Of a DNA stretch of 64,000 nucleotides, positions 13,762 through 23,176 are shown in pieces. Location of the stretch: positions 815-64,814 of the forward strand of contig CAVPQD010000016.1 in the NCBI GenBank assembly GCA_963707335.1, read 5' to 3'. The stretch's first letter is position 1. Every line of letters starts with the position of its first letter. Made by a program: the position numbers and the translations under genes. The stretch comes from an uncultured Thermoleophilia bacterium. GTDB taxonomy: Bacteria > Actinomycetota > Thermoleophilia > UBA2241. The notes beneath the pieces were generated by a model. That model was not told the origin of the DNA. It worked only from the letters and a program-made list of their open reading frames with translations, and did no database searches.

Positions 13762-14981
13762 TGCTGAGCCTCCTGTCCGAGGGCGGCGGCGCCGCCAGGT
13801 CGTGTCCTGCAAGCGGGGTCGTGCGCGGGGGTGCAGGTTGGCAGCCCCAGGGATGTGGCGTTGACGATGCTCGGCGCCGCATGCGGCGGCTCGCCTTCGA
13901 GGAAGGGCAGGACGTCCTCCAGGGTGTCCGACTTCGGCCACACCGGGAAGCCTTGCAGCACGCCGGCGACGTTGGCCGCCGCGAGTGTCGCCATGCCCTC
14001 GCGCGTCCAGCGGGATGCTGAGCCCAGGTGCGGCACGATCACGACGTTGTCCAGTTCCGCGAGGCCCTGCGCCATCGCCGGCTCCGCCTCGTACACGTCG
14101 AGCGCGGCCCTGAAGTGCGGGTGCGCACGGCAGTGTCGGACCAGCGCCGCCTCGTCGATGAGCGGGCCGCGGCTGGCGTTCACAAGGATCGCGCCCTGCT
14201 TCATGAGAGCGAGCTGCGCCGCGCCGATCATGTGGCGCGTGGTCTGGTTGAGGACGGCGTGGATGCTGACGACGTCGGCGGCCCTGAGCAGCTCGTCGAG
14301 CGAGCCGGCACGGCGGCACGTGACCGGCGGCTCGCCGTGGGTCTCGAGCAGAGCGGCATAGTCGGCCACATACGCCTCAAGCCCGTCGTTCACGTGCGGG
14401 TCGTGATAGAGCACGTCGGTCTTGTGGCCTTCCATCATCATCCGGGCGAAGGCCGTGCCGATGCGCCCCGCCCCGATCACGCCGATGGTGCAGCCGTATA
14501 GCAGATCGCCAAGGAGCAGCTGCGGCAGCCAGCCGTGATAGCGGCCGGCCCGCATGAAGCGGTCGCCCTCGGGGATGCGCCGGGCCGCGGCGAACGCGAG
14601 AGCCACCGCCAACTCGGCCGTCGTCTCGGTGAGCACGCCGGGCGTGTTGCCCACGGGCAGCCGCAGCCCGGTCGCCGCCTCGATGTCGACATTGTCGTAG
14701 CCGACGGCGTAGTTGCAGTACACGAGACCGCCGGCCCGCTTGAGCGTTTCGAGCAGGCCGGCCGACCAGGCTTCGGGCAGCTGGCCGATGGCTCCGTCCG
14801 CGTGGTCGCCGATGGCGGCGCGGATCTCGCCCTCGGACAGGATGTCGTCACCTTGCGCGACCTCCACCCTGCAGTCCGCAGCTTCCAGGAGCCGCTGCCA
14901 GCGATCGCCTGGCAGCTCCTTGGTCACCAGGACGCGGCGCGAACCGTCGGGGTTGACGACCCGCCATTCTCTCCCTGACAC
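13758..14981 (-). CDS. D-isomer-specific 2-hydroxyacid dehydrogenase, glycerate dehydrogenase / hydroxypyruvate reductase type with a long C-terminal extension
   Basis: GTG 14981 lies 7 nt after AAGGGGG. Contains the NAD fold GVIGAGRIGTAFARMM, NASRGPLIDEAAL and HLGSASRWTREGMA. The C-terminal PHAAPSIVNATSLGLP resembles the tail of plant-type HPR1 (from memory). Confidence 0.8.
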   Translation of the reverse strand: MSGREWRVVNPDGSRRVLVTKELPGDRWQRLLEAADCRVEVAQGDDILSEGEIRAAIGDHADGAIGQLPEAWSAGLLETLKRAGGLVYCNYAVGYDNVDIEAATGLRLPVGNTPGVLTETTAELAVALAFAAARRIPEGDRFMRAGRYHGWLPQLLLGDLLYGCTIGVIGAGRIGTAFARMMMEGHKTDVLYHDPHVNDGLEAYVADYAALLETHGEPPVTCRRAGSLDELLRAADVVSIHAVLNQTTRHMIGAAQLALMKQGAILVNASRGPLIDEAALVRHCRAHPHFRAALDVYEAEPAMAQGLAELDNVVIVPHLGSASRWTREGMATLAAANVAGVLQGFPVWPKSDTLEDVLPFLEGEPPHAAPSIVNATSLGLPTCTPAHDPACRTRPGGAAALGQEAQQ

Positions 14982-15005
14982 CTCGCTCACCCCCTTAACG
15001 TCGAA

Positions 15006-15035
15006 GGACAGGGCGATGTCTCCATCACCCTGTCC
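15006..15035 (-). promoter_or_regulatory. Hairpin between the riboswitch aptamer and the RBS; probable expression platform (terminator/anti-terminator element)
   Basis: Minus strand ggacaggg-tgatggagacatcg-ccctgtcc. It sits 43 nt 3' of the aptamer and about 10 nt 5' of the AAGGGGG RBS. Confidence 0.45.
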
Positions 15036-15078
15036 GCCGTGGGGCGCCCAGGCGTCCCGCGTCTTCAGGGGCCCGTCC

Positions 15079-15178
15079 GGTCGCGTTCCGTTTGCCTGAG
15101 AGTTTCGGCGACACATCCGTGCCGCCTTGCCCCTTCGGCGCTCGCCCGCGCCGCTGCGCGGCGAGCTCTCGCGCGACC
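15079..15178 (-). promoter_or_regulatory. Glycine riboswitch, single canonical aptamer, in the 5' leader of the hpr-aminotransferase-gcvT-glyA operon
   Basis: Read on the minus strand. P1 is ggucgcg...cgcgacc. Then come CGAGAG and the P2 hairpin cucgcc..ggcgag. The conserved CGCCGAAGGGGCAA lies at plus-strand 15127-15140. The P3 hairpin is ggcggcac-ggau-gugucgcc. The conserved CUCUCAGGCAAACGGAA lies at plus-strand 15091-15102. Confidence 0.8.
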
Positions 15179-15360
15179 TTCTGCCGGGCGTCCTCGGTTC
15201 GCGCCGAGCCTACCACCGGCGGCTGGGGGGCCGCAACGCAGCACGGCCGGGTGATGACGACCCTCGTCGTTCCTCCATACCCATATCCGGGCACGCCGTC
15301 GCGGGTGTATGGTGAGGTGGAGTCACCGTCTGTCATCGTCAGGCGGGAGGGGGTCCCACC

Positions 15361-15804
15361 GTGCCCGTCTTATTGGTGGCAGCTGCGCAACGCGACGACC
15401 TGCGGCATTTCAACGAGTTGCTCGCCTCGTGGCCGATGCGGCTTGCCGTTCTGCTGCTCTTCGCGGGGATCGCGGTACTGGCGTTCACTCGCGTATCGCG
15501 CGACTTCGACGACGGCGCCCGCACCTTCCGCGCCGCGGTCGTCGCGCTCGGCGTGTTCGCGTGCCTCGAGCTCTTCCTGGGGAGTTCCCTCGGCGGTTCG
15601 CACGCCGTCCCGATCTGGCTGCAGTTCACCACGCTGTTGTGGTTGTTCGGTCTGTGGCTCTACTACTTCGTGCGTTTCATGACGCGACAGCGCAGCGGCC
15701 CAGGGGATGCGGAGACGCAGCGCCGGGGGGCGGAGCTGGACGAGACGCTGGCCGGCATGGAGCAGGACCTTCACGGTCGGGCCGGCCCGGCGCGCGACCG
15801 CTGA
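15361..15804 (+). CDS. Small integral membrane protein (3-4 predicted TM helices), unknown function
   Basis: 147-aa ORF with hydrophobic segments ([52 protein letters not shown]). The competing antisense ORF is Arg-rich. The start codon is uncertain. Confidence 0.5.
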   Translation: MPVLLVAAAQRDDLRHFNELLASWPMRLAVLLLFAGIAVLAFTRVSRDFDDGARTFRAAVVALGVFACLELFLGSSLGGSHAVPIWLQFTTLLWLFGLWLYYFVRFMTRQRSGPGDAETQRRGAELDETLAGMEQDLHGRAGPARDR

Positions 15805-15859
15805 GCGCCGCGATGGCGGCTGGCCGCGCCACGGCCGCTTCGGTACACTCGTCATCCCG

Positions 15860-16958
15860 ATGACCGACGCGGCCGACATCAGCCAGCCCAGACCAGAGCG
15901 GCGCCCTCGCACCTTCAGCGGCATCCAGCCGTCCGGCACGCTGCACCTGGGCAACTACCTCGGCGCCATCCGCAACTGGGTGGCGATGCAGGAGACGCAC
16001 GACTGCGTGTACTGCGCCGTCGACCTGCACGCCATCACGGTGCGGCAGGAGCGCGCCGAGCTGCGGCGCAACACGATCGACCTGGTCAATCTCTTCCTGG
16101 CCGCCGGTGTCGACCCCGAGCGGTCCATCGTCTTCGTGCAGAGCCACGTGCCCGCGCACACCGAGCTCATGTGGATCCTCAACACGATCACCTACATGGG
16201 CGAGCTGCGGCGCATGACGCAGTTCAAGGACAAGACGGCCGGCGCGGAGGGCGAGAGCATCGGCGTCGGCCTCTTCGACTATCCGGTGCTGCATGGCCGC
16301 CGACATCCTGCTGTATCGCGCCGACGCCGTGCCGGTGGGCGAGGACCAGAAGCAGCACGTGGAGCTCACGCGCGACGTGGCGGAGCGCTTCAACAACGCC
16401 TTCGGCAAGACCTTCGTCGTGCCGGAGCCGATCATCCGTGAGGAAGGCGCCCGGGTGATGAGCCTCGACGACCCGGCGAAGAAGATGAGCAAGAGCGCCG
16501 GGTCGGAGAACAGCTACATCGCGCTCATGGACGCGCCGGACGTGATCCGCAGGAAGATCCGGCGCGCCGTCACCGACTCCGGCACCGAGGTGCGCGGCGG
16601 GCCGGACAAGCCGGCGCTCACCAACCTGCTCGACATCTACAGCGTCCTCGCCGGCGAGTCCGTCGCCGCGATCGAGGCGCGCTACGAGGGCAAGGGCTAC
16701 GCCGACTTCAAGGCCGACCTCGGCGAGGTCGTCGTCGAGGCGCTCGTGCCCATCCAGGCGCGCATCCGGGAGCTCGAGGCGGACAAGAGCTACACGCTCG
16801 AGGTGCTCAAGGCCGGCGCCGAGCGCGCCGAGGCGATCGCCGCGCGCACGCTCGCCAAGGTGCGCGAGCGCGTCGGGATCTCCCGCGCCCCGGCTCGTAA
16901 CCGGCCGGCGCTGGTCGCTAGACTAGCGCGAGCACTGTTCCGTCCGGAGGCACAATGA
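15860..16958 (+). pseudogene. trpS: Tryptophan--tRNA ligase with one frameshift near 16290
   Basis: The first frame carries MTDAADIS...[22 protein letters not shown] (HIGH-like). The second frame carries [28 protein letters not shown]...KMSKS. The stop overlaps the next ATG (ATGA). Confidence 0.88.
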
Positions 16959-17380
16959 TCTCCATCGAGACGATGAAGTACCGCACCGCGGAGATGATCG
17001 GCGAGGAGTTCCCGCTGGTGTTCTGGCGCGGCAAGGGCCGCATCGTCGGCTCGGACGACACAAGCCTCTCGCTGCTCGTGCGCGGCATCCGCGTCGACCT
17101 CACCTGGGACCGGCTCTCGGTCACGTGGAAGCGGCTGCTCTCCAACCACACGCTCGACAGTCGACGAGCTCGGCGGCGGCGCGGACGCCGTCGGCATCGT
17201 GAGCCTCTTCGCGTTCCTGCAGGCCGACGCCGTGCGATGCTCGACACCGACGGCCTGCTCGTGCTCAAGGAGCGCCCGGACACGCCGGTGCACCAGTACG
17301 CCGACATGAGCCGGCCCACCGTCGTGGGCCCCGTGGCGGCGCAAGATCCACGGCGACTGACGGCGCGCGCGGACGGCTGA
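16955..17380 (+). CDS. Hypothetical protein (141 aa); the central approx. 80 nt read better in another frame
   Basis: Begins MISIETMKYRTAEMIGEEFPLVFWRGKGRIVGSDD. Segment approx. 17160-17237 gives an Arg-run in the ORF frame but VDELGGGADAVGIVSLFAFLQADAV in the +1 frame. This looks like a compensated pair of indels. Confidence 0.5.
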   Translation: MISIETMKYRTAEMIGEEFPLVFWRGKGRIVGSDDTSLSLLVRGIRVDLTWDRLSVTWKRLLSNHTLDSRRARRRRGRRRHREPLRVPAGRRRAMLDTDGLLVLKERPDTPVHQYADMSRPTVVGPVAAQDPRRLTARADG

Positions 17381-17387
17381 CGACGCC

Positions 17388-18289
17388 GTGATCCGCGTCA
17401 GCAAGGAGCAGCGCGTCTTCGCCTTGGCGGCGGACGCGCCGCCGGCCGCGACCGTCACGCCCGGCAGCACGGTCCGCCTCGAGACCGCAGACTGCTTCGT
17501 CGACCAGGTCCGGCGACCCGGCGACGCCCTGGCCGCCATCGACTGGGACAGCATCAATCCGGCGACCGGTCCGGTCTGCGTCGAGGGCGCCGAGCCCGGC
17601 GATGTCCTGACCGTCCTCGTCGAGCGCATCGAGCTGGCCGACAGAGGGCTCATGGCGGTCGGCCCTGACTTCGGGGTGCTGGCGGACCGCATCATCGAGT
17701 CGGAGTGGCACCGCATCGTGCCGATCGCGGACGGTGTCGCCGTCTTCGCCGACGGCGTCGCGGTGCCGCTGCGGCCCATGATCGGCGTGATCGGCGTCGC
17801 GCCCGCGGGCGCGCCGTGCCCACCGGGTCGCCGGGCGCGCACGGCGGCAACATGGACACGCGCCTCATCGGCGAGGGCGCGATGCTGTACCTGCCGGTCT
17901 TCGCGCCCGGCGCGCTGCTCGCCGCCGGCGACCTGCACGCCGCCATGGGCGACGGCGAGATCTGCGGCACCGGCGTCGAGGTCGCCGGCGCCATCACCTT
18001 ACGGCTCGACGTCCGCCGCGACCTGCGGATCGCAAACCCGCTCGTGCGCACGGCCGAGGTCGTGGCGACCATCGCCTCGGCGGAGACGCTCGACGCCGCC
18101 GCCGACGGTGGCGACGCGCGACATGGCTGACCTGCTGACGGAGCGACTGGGCCTCTCCGCGAGGCACGGCGACCATGCTGATGAGCGCCGCCGGCGCGCT
18201 GCAGGTCTCGCAGATCGTCGACCCGCTGCAGACGGCGCGGTTCGCCATGCCCGGAAGCGCTCGCGGCGTTCGGCGGCACGCTGCTGTAG
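17388..18289 (+). pseudogene. Acetamidase/formamidase family amidohydrolase, about 4 frameshifts
   Basis: Segment 1: MIRVSKEQRVFALAADAPPAATVTPGSTVRLETADCF...NPATGPVCVEGAEPGDVL. Segment 2: TGSPGAHGGNMDTRLIGEGAMLYLPVFAPGALLAAGDLHAAMGDGEICGTGVE. Segment 3: RDMADLLTERLGLS. Segment 4: MLMSAAGALQVSQIVDPLQTARFAMP. Segment 5: EALAAFGGTLL*. The shifts are near 17815, 18118, 18170 and 18250. Confidence 0.75.
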
Positions 18290-18332
18290 GCTGCGCGCCT
18301 GAGGCGATCGCACAAGGCGCAAGGAGGACGAC

Positions 18333-19218
18333 GTGGTGGCTGAGTACGGAGCGCAGGGCATGGTGGGACGGCTGCGCCGCGTGTCGTGATCGGCGGCCCG
18401 ACGAGGCCATGGCCGCCGCCGACCCGGCGGCTGGCACTACACCAGCGCCGATCGACCTCGAGGAGGCGCGCGCGCGCGCACGACGCTGCTCGTCGACGCG
18501 CTGCGCGCCTGGGACGTCGAGGTGCTCTACCACGACGAGCCGCTGCCGCGAGCACGCCGACAGCGTGTTCGTCTTCGACCCGGTCCTCGTCACCGACCCG
18601 GGCACTCTCGTGCTCAGCATGGGCAAGGAGCGTCGGCGCGGCGAGGAGGAGCCGCTCGGCCGCGCCCTCGCAGGGCTGCGGCGTGCCGGTCTTCGGCCGC
18701 CTCGAGGGCGACGCCCGCGCCGAGGGCGGCGACACCCTGTGGCTGGACCACGACACGCTCGCCGTCGGCCGCGGCTTCCGCACGAACGCCGAAGGCGTCC
18801 GTCAGCTCCGCGAGCCTCCTCGGCGCCGCTCGGCGTCACGGTCCTGGACTACGACCTGCCGTACTTCACCGGCCCCGAGGCCTGCCTGCACCTGCTCAGC
18901 CTGATCAGCCCGGTGGACGTCGATCTCGCGGTCGCCTATCCGCCGCTCATGCCCACCGCGTTCTGGGCGCGAGCTGCGGCGCCGCGGCGTGCGCCTGCTC
19001 GAGGTGCCGGAGGAGGAGTTCCTGCACACGCAGGCGACCAACGTGCTCGCCGTCGCGCCGCGCGCGTGCATCATGCTCGACGGCAGTCCGGTGACGCAGC
19101 CGTCTGCTCGAGATGGCGGACTGCGAGGTCGTCGACATTCCCCGGCGAGCCGCTCTCGTTCAAGGCGGAGGGCGGCCCGACCTGTCTGACGCGGCCGGTG
19201 CTGCGCGACCCGGCCTGA
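18333..19218 (+). pseudogene. Amidinotransferase-fold enzyme (DDAH / arginine deiminase-like), about 8 frameshifts
   Basis: RBS AAGGAGGA then GTG. The fragments read VVAEYGAQGMVGRLRRV, RRPDEA, WDVEVLYHDEPLP, EHADSVFVFDPVLVTDPGTLVLSMGKERRRGEE, GVPVFGRLEGDARAEGGDTLWLDHDTLAVGRGFRTN, VTVLDYDLPYFTGPEACLHLLSLISPVD, RLLEVPEEEFLHTQATNVLAVAP and GEPLSFKAEGGPTCLTRPVLR. They alternate among all three frames. Confidence 0.7.
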
Positions 19219-19229
19219 CTGAGAGCACG

Positions 19230-20593
19230 GTGTCCGCCGATCCTCAGTCGCGCGGCCGCTTCACGCCGATCGAGGCGCGCGCGCTGGAGGCCGTCGATCA
19301 CGACGGCCTCGTCGCGCTGCTGCGCGAGCTCATCGCGATCCCGAGCCTCGACGGCGACGAGAGTCGCGGCTCAGCGCCGAGGTCGCGACCTGGCTTGCCG
19401 CGGCAGGGTCTTGCGACCGACGTCTGGCCGATCGACCTCGAGGAGCTGGCGCGACACCCGCGACTGGTGCCACGAGGTCGAGCGCGACGAGGCCTTGGGC
19501 GTCGTCGGCTGGATCGGGGAGCCCGCGGTCGCGCGGCGGCGCCGGCCGCGACCTGCTGCTCAACGGCCACATCGACGTGGTGCCGGCCGGCGACGAGGCC
19601 GCGTGGACGACGCCGCCGTGGGACCCGGCCGTCAGGGACGGCCGCGTCTACGGCCGCGGCGCCGTCGACATGAAGGGCGGCCTGTGCTGCGCGCTGTTCG
19701 CGGCCAAGGCGGTCCGCGACGCGGGCATCCGGCTGCGCGGGCCGCATGAGCGTCGCCAGCGTCGTCGGCGAGGAGGACGGCGGCACCGGCACGCTGGCCA
19801 CGCTGCTGCGTGGCCACCGCGCCGACGGCGCCGTCGTGGTGGAGCCGACCGCGGCTGCACGTGGTGCCGGCGCAGGCAGGTTCGCTGATGTTCCGGCTCG
19901 TCGTGCACGGGTCTGCCGCGCACGGCTGCGTGCGCGAGGAGGGTGTGAGCGCGGTCGAGAAGTTCGTGCCGCTGTTCGCCGCGCTCCGCCGCCTCGAGGC
20001 CGAGCGCTGCGGTGTCGTCGCCGGCGGCAGACGTGCCGCAGACGGCCGGTGGCCGCCGTCGCCGGCGACCCGACTCGCCGCTCTTCGCCGGCTACCGGCT
20101 GCCCTGGCCGATCGAGGTCGGCACGGTGCGCGCCGGCGACTGGGCGTCCAGCGTCCCGGACACGCTCGTGGCGGAGGGACGCTACGGCGTCGCCGTCGGC
20201 GAGGACGCCGGCCGCGGCCCGGCGGGCGTTCGAGGATGCGATCGCCCGCGCCGCCGCGGACGACCCCTGGCTCCGCGCATCACCCGCCCGAGGTGGAGTG
20301 GTGGGGCGGGCGCTTCGACCCGGCCGTCACGGACCCGTCCGACCCCATCGTCACCACCGTCGCCGGCGCTGCGGAGACGTCACCGGCCCGGCGCCGTCCG
20401 GTCGAGGGCGTCACCTACGGCGCCGACCTGCGCCTGCTCGTCAACGTCGGGCGCATCCCGACCGTGCTGTTCGGACCCGGCGACGTGCGGGTGGCTCACA
20501 TGCCGGACGAGTACGTGCCGGTCGACGACCTGCGCGCCGCCACCGAGACGCTCGTCGCTCACCGCGCTGCGCTTCTGCGGCGTCCGAGAGTAA
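19230..20593 (+). pseudogene. Peptidase M20 family deacylase (ArgE/DapE-like), about 10 frameshifts
   Basis: The fragments read LLRELIAIPSLDGDE, LLLNGHIDVVPAGDEAAWTTPPWDPAVRDGRVYGRGAVDMKGG, SVVGEEDGGTGTLA, MFRLVVHGSAAHGC, WPIEVGTVRAGDWASSVPD, VTYGADLRLL and FGPGDVRVAHMPDEYVPVDDL. They lie in successive frames. Confidence 0.7.
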
Positions 20594-20626
20594 GCTGCAC
20601 GGCCGGGCGAATCCGTCGACGCGACC

Positions 20627-21594
20627 ATGGACCTGCCCGAAGGCTACATCCTGCGCCACCCGACAGCGGCCGATCTCCCCGCGGCCCAGGCGGTTCTCGA
20701 CGCGGCCGAGAGCCACGACACCGGCGAGTCGCGCCGGCACGAGAACCGGCTGGCTACCGAGTGGACGAGCCCGCATTGCGATCCCGGGCATGACTGGTGG
20801 GTGGTCGAGGCGCCCGGAGCCGGCATTGTCGCCGTCGGCTGGGTGTGGCCCGAGACAGCCGGCGAGGTCACCGCCGACCACTACGTGCATCCGGCCCACC
20901 GCGGCCACGGCCTGGGCGAGGTGCTGCTCGACGCCATCGAGCGCCGCAGCGCCGCGTTGTGCGCGCGGCCGCCGGACGCCGCGCCCCGTCACTTGGTCGT
21001 CTGGAGCGAGGACTCAGACATCACCCGCCGCGCTTCGCTCGAGCAGCGCGGCTTCGTCGCGACGCGACAGTACTTCGAGATGACGATCGCCTTGGACGAC
21101 TCGCTGCCGCAGGCGGCTTGGCCCGAGGGCATAGTCGAGCCGGTCGTTCCGGCTCGGCATCGACGAGGGGCCGGTCCACCAGGTGGACACCGAGGCCTTT
21201 GCCGAGCACTTCCTCTTCGAGGCCAGGAGCCTGGATGAGTGGCAGCTTCGCCATCTCGAGCCGCCCGACGCGGATCCGACGCTGTGGCGGCTCGCCTGGG
21301 ACGGCGACAGACTGGTCGGCTTCGTCATCGCCGTCGACCGTGACGAGGGGGCCTTCATCGAGGACCTGGCCGTGCTCAAGCCGTGGCGCGGCCGGGGCAT
21401 CGGGCGCGCCCTGCTCGCTGACCGTGTTCGCGGCGCTTCGCGACCGCGGCCAGCCGGTGGCGCGCCTCTACGTCGACGCACAGAACGTCACCGACGCCGT
21501 GCACGTGTACGAGGCGGCGGGCATGCAGGTGTCGCGCCGCTTCGACGTGATGCAGAAGCCCTTGGCCGCAGACGAAAGAGGGCCGGGGCCCTGA
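20627..21594 (+). pseudogene. Two-domain GNAT N-acetyltransferase (MshD-like architecture), 2 frameshifts near 21145 and 21415
   Basis: Domain 1 contains YVHPAHRGHGLGEVLLDAIE. Domain 2 contains LAVLKPWRGRGIGRALL followed by LYVDAQNVTDAVHVYEAAGMQV. The stop codon lies in the loop of the following hairpin. Confidence 0.7.
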
Positions 21595-21610
21595 CCTGGC
21601 CCCGGCCCTC
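21578..21610 (+). terminator. 13-bp GC hairpin enclosing the GNAT stop codon; a second 7-bp hairpin follows at 21613-21629
   Basis: gagggccggggcc-ctgacct-ggccccggccctc, between convergent genes. Confidence 0.55.
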
Positions 21611-21783
21611 CCGACGCTCCGAGAGCGTCTCAGGGGACCTGGCGGCGAGCTGCCCTGCGGCGGCTCGCGCTCCGTTCCGTCAGGCGAGATGCGCGGTGTC
21701 GGTGCGCGTGATCGGCATGTTGCGCACGCCGCATCTCGGCGCAGAAGGCGTCCGCACGCTGCGCGGCAGCTCCTCGGGGCAGA

Positions 21784-22922
21784 TCATGCCCTGTCGGCGA
21801 TCCTGTCCTCGACGATGAACTCGGCGTAGATGGCTGCCGGCGTGCTGGTGCCGTAGCTCACGCAGGTGGCGCCGGGGATCTGGCCGTTCACCCACTTGAT
21901 GTCCGGCGGGAAGATGTTGTAGCCGACGCTGGCCGGCTTGCCGTTCTTCTCGCCGATGCAGTCGACGGTGACGACGCCGAAGTCGGTGATCTCGCCGGCC
22001 AGGGCGAGCTTGGCGAGCTCGTCGGCCGGCGGGTTGGGCGGCAGGGTCGCGACGAACACGTCGATCGGCCGCACCTCGCTGCCGTCCTTGAGCTTGACCG
22101 GGTACTTGCTGGTCATGCCCGAGCCCACGAGCGCGAGGTCGGCGTCGATGCCGTCCTCGTCGCCGCCCATCTTGAAGTCGACGTAGCGCAGGCCCTTGTC
22201 GCCGAACTTCTTCGGGAGCAGGCGCGGCAGGGTGCGTGACCTCTTCGTGGTCGTGGCAGATGACCGTGCCGAGGCCGAACGGCTCGGGGAACTCGTACTT
22301 CTCGCGGCGGCCGAAGATCTCGACGCGCTTGAACTCGCCGTCCTCGTAGAGCAGCGGCGGCTGCGCGCAGTCGGTGTAGTAGGTCTCCTGCGACCAGACC
22401 TGCAGCGGCACGGGGAGTCGAAGAGCGGCGAAGTCCTTGATGCGGATCTCGAAGCACGTGTCGAGGTCCTCGTAGCCGTTGGCGGCGAAGGTGTTGGTGA
22501 CGCCCGGGTCCATGCCGGTGCTGAGCAGGGCGAGTGATGCCCGGCCTTGCTGAACTCGCCGGAGCAGTGTCATCTGGTCGAGGTACGCCTCGTCGATGGT
22601 CTGTGTCGCGCGTCTGGCCCGCGCCATGTCGATGTAGGCGGCGCCGCACTTGAGGCACGCCTTCATGATGGACATGTTGAACTCGGGGATGACGGCGTTG
22701 ACGACGAGCTTGCAGCCCTCGCCGGCCTTGGCCACGGCGTCGGTGTCCGACGGCGTCGATGAAGATGGACAGCGCCTTGCCGTTGCCGACCTGGCCGGCG
22801 ACGAACGCGCGCGCTCCTCGTCGTAGTCCGACGACGACGATCTCGGTGACGGCGGGATTGCGGCCCAGGTTCCAGGTGAGGACCTGGCCCTGCATGCCGG
22901 CGCCGACGATGAGGACCTTCAT
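21784..22922 (-). pseudogene. Saccharopine dehydrogenase-like NAD(P) oxidoreductase (Sacchrp_dh family), at least 6 frameshifts
   Basis: RBS GGAGGAAGGAAGG then ATG. Contains MKVLIVGAGMQGQV (Rossmann), KLVVNAVIPEFNMSIMKACLKCGAAYIDMA, LLSTGMDPGVTNTF, VEIFGRREKYEFPEPFG and the C-terminal VSYGTSTPAAIYAEFIVED. These pieces are spread over three frames. Confidence 0.7.
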
Positions 22923-23176
22923 GGATCCTTCCTTCCTCCGGCGAGAGCGGCCGCGCCCCCAGGCGACCGGTGACTGCTTCGGGTTCTATCAGAAGCGGAA
23001 AGGAAGCACAACCGTCATAGGACGATTATCGCAGCCAGAATCGCTGTTCGAGCCGGTAATCGTGTGCATGAGTGTTACTTCGTGTCCTACATTCGCGTCC
23101 TTTGCCGGGTATGACGTGAGTCTGTGCAGAGCGTGGTAGAAGTAGAGGAGGAGCCGACCCGCGAGGAGGCGACATC

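Noticed and set aside
15179-15300. A possible second (5') glycine aptamer, as expected for a tandem riboswitch.
   Set aside because: The region has GGAGGAA...AGGAC-like fragments and a short hairpin. It lacks the ACCGAAGGGGCAA core and the CUCAGGCAAA segment. At best it is a degenerate ghost aptamer, so it is not called.
9881-22922. Programmed ribosomal frameshifting or transcriptional slippage as an explanation for the many frame changes.
   Set aside because: There are far too many sites (up to 10 per gene). No slippery heptamers or downstream pseudoknots are evident. Both +1 and -1 shifts occur, and compensating pairs are present. Indel error or pseudogenisation is the simpler explanation.
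22923-23176. A lysine (L-box) or Ni/Co riboswitch in the low-GC spacer between the saccharopine-DH-like gene and hypA.
   Set aside because: I could not find the conserved L-box cores (AGAGGCGC, GCCGAAG, ACTGTCA) or a four-way-junction NiCo pattern. Only weak hairpins are present.
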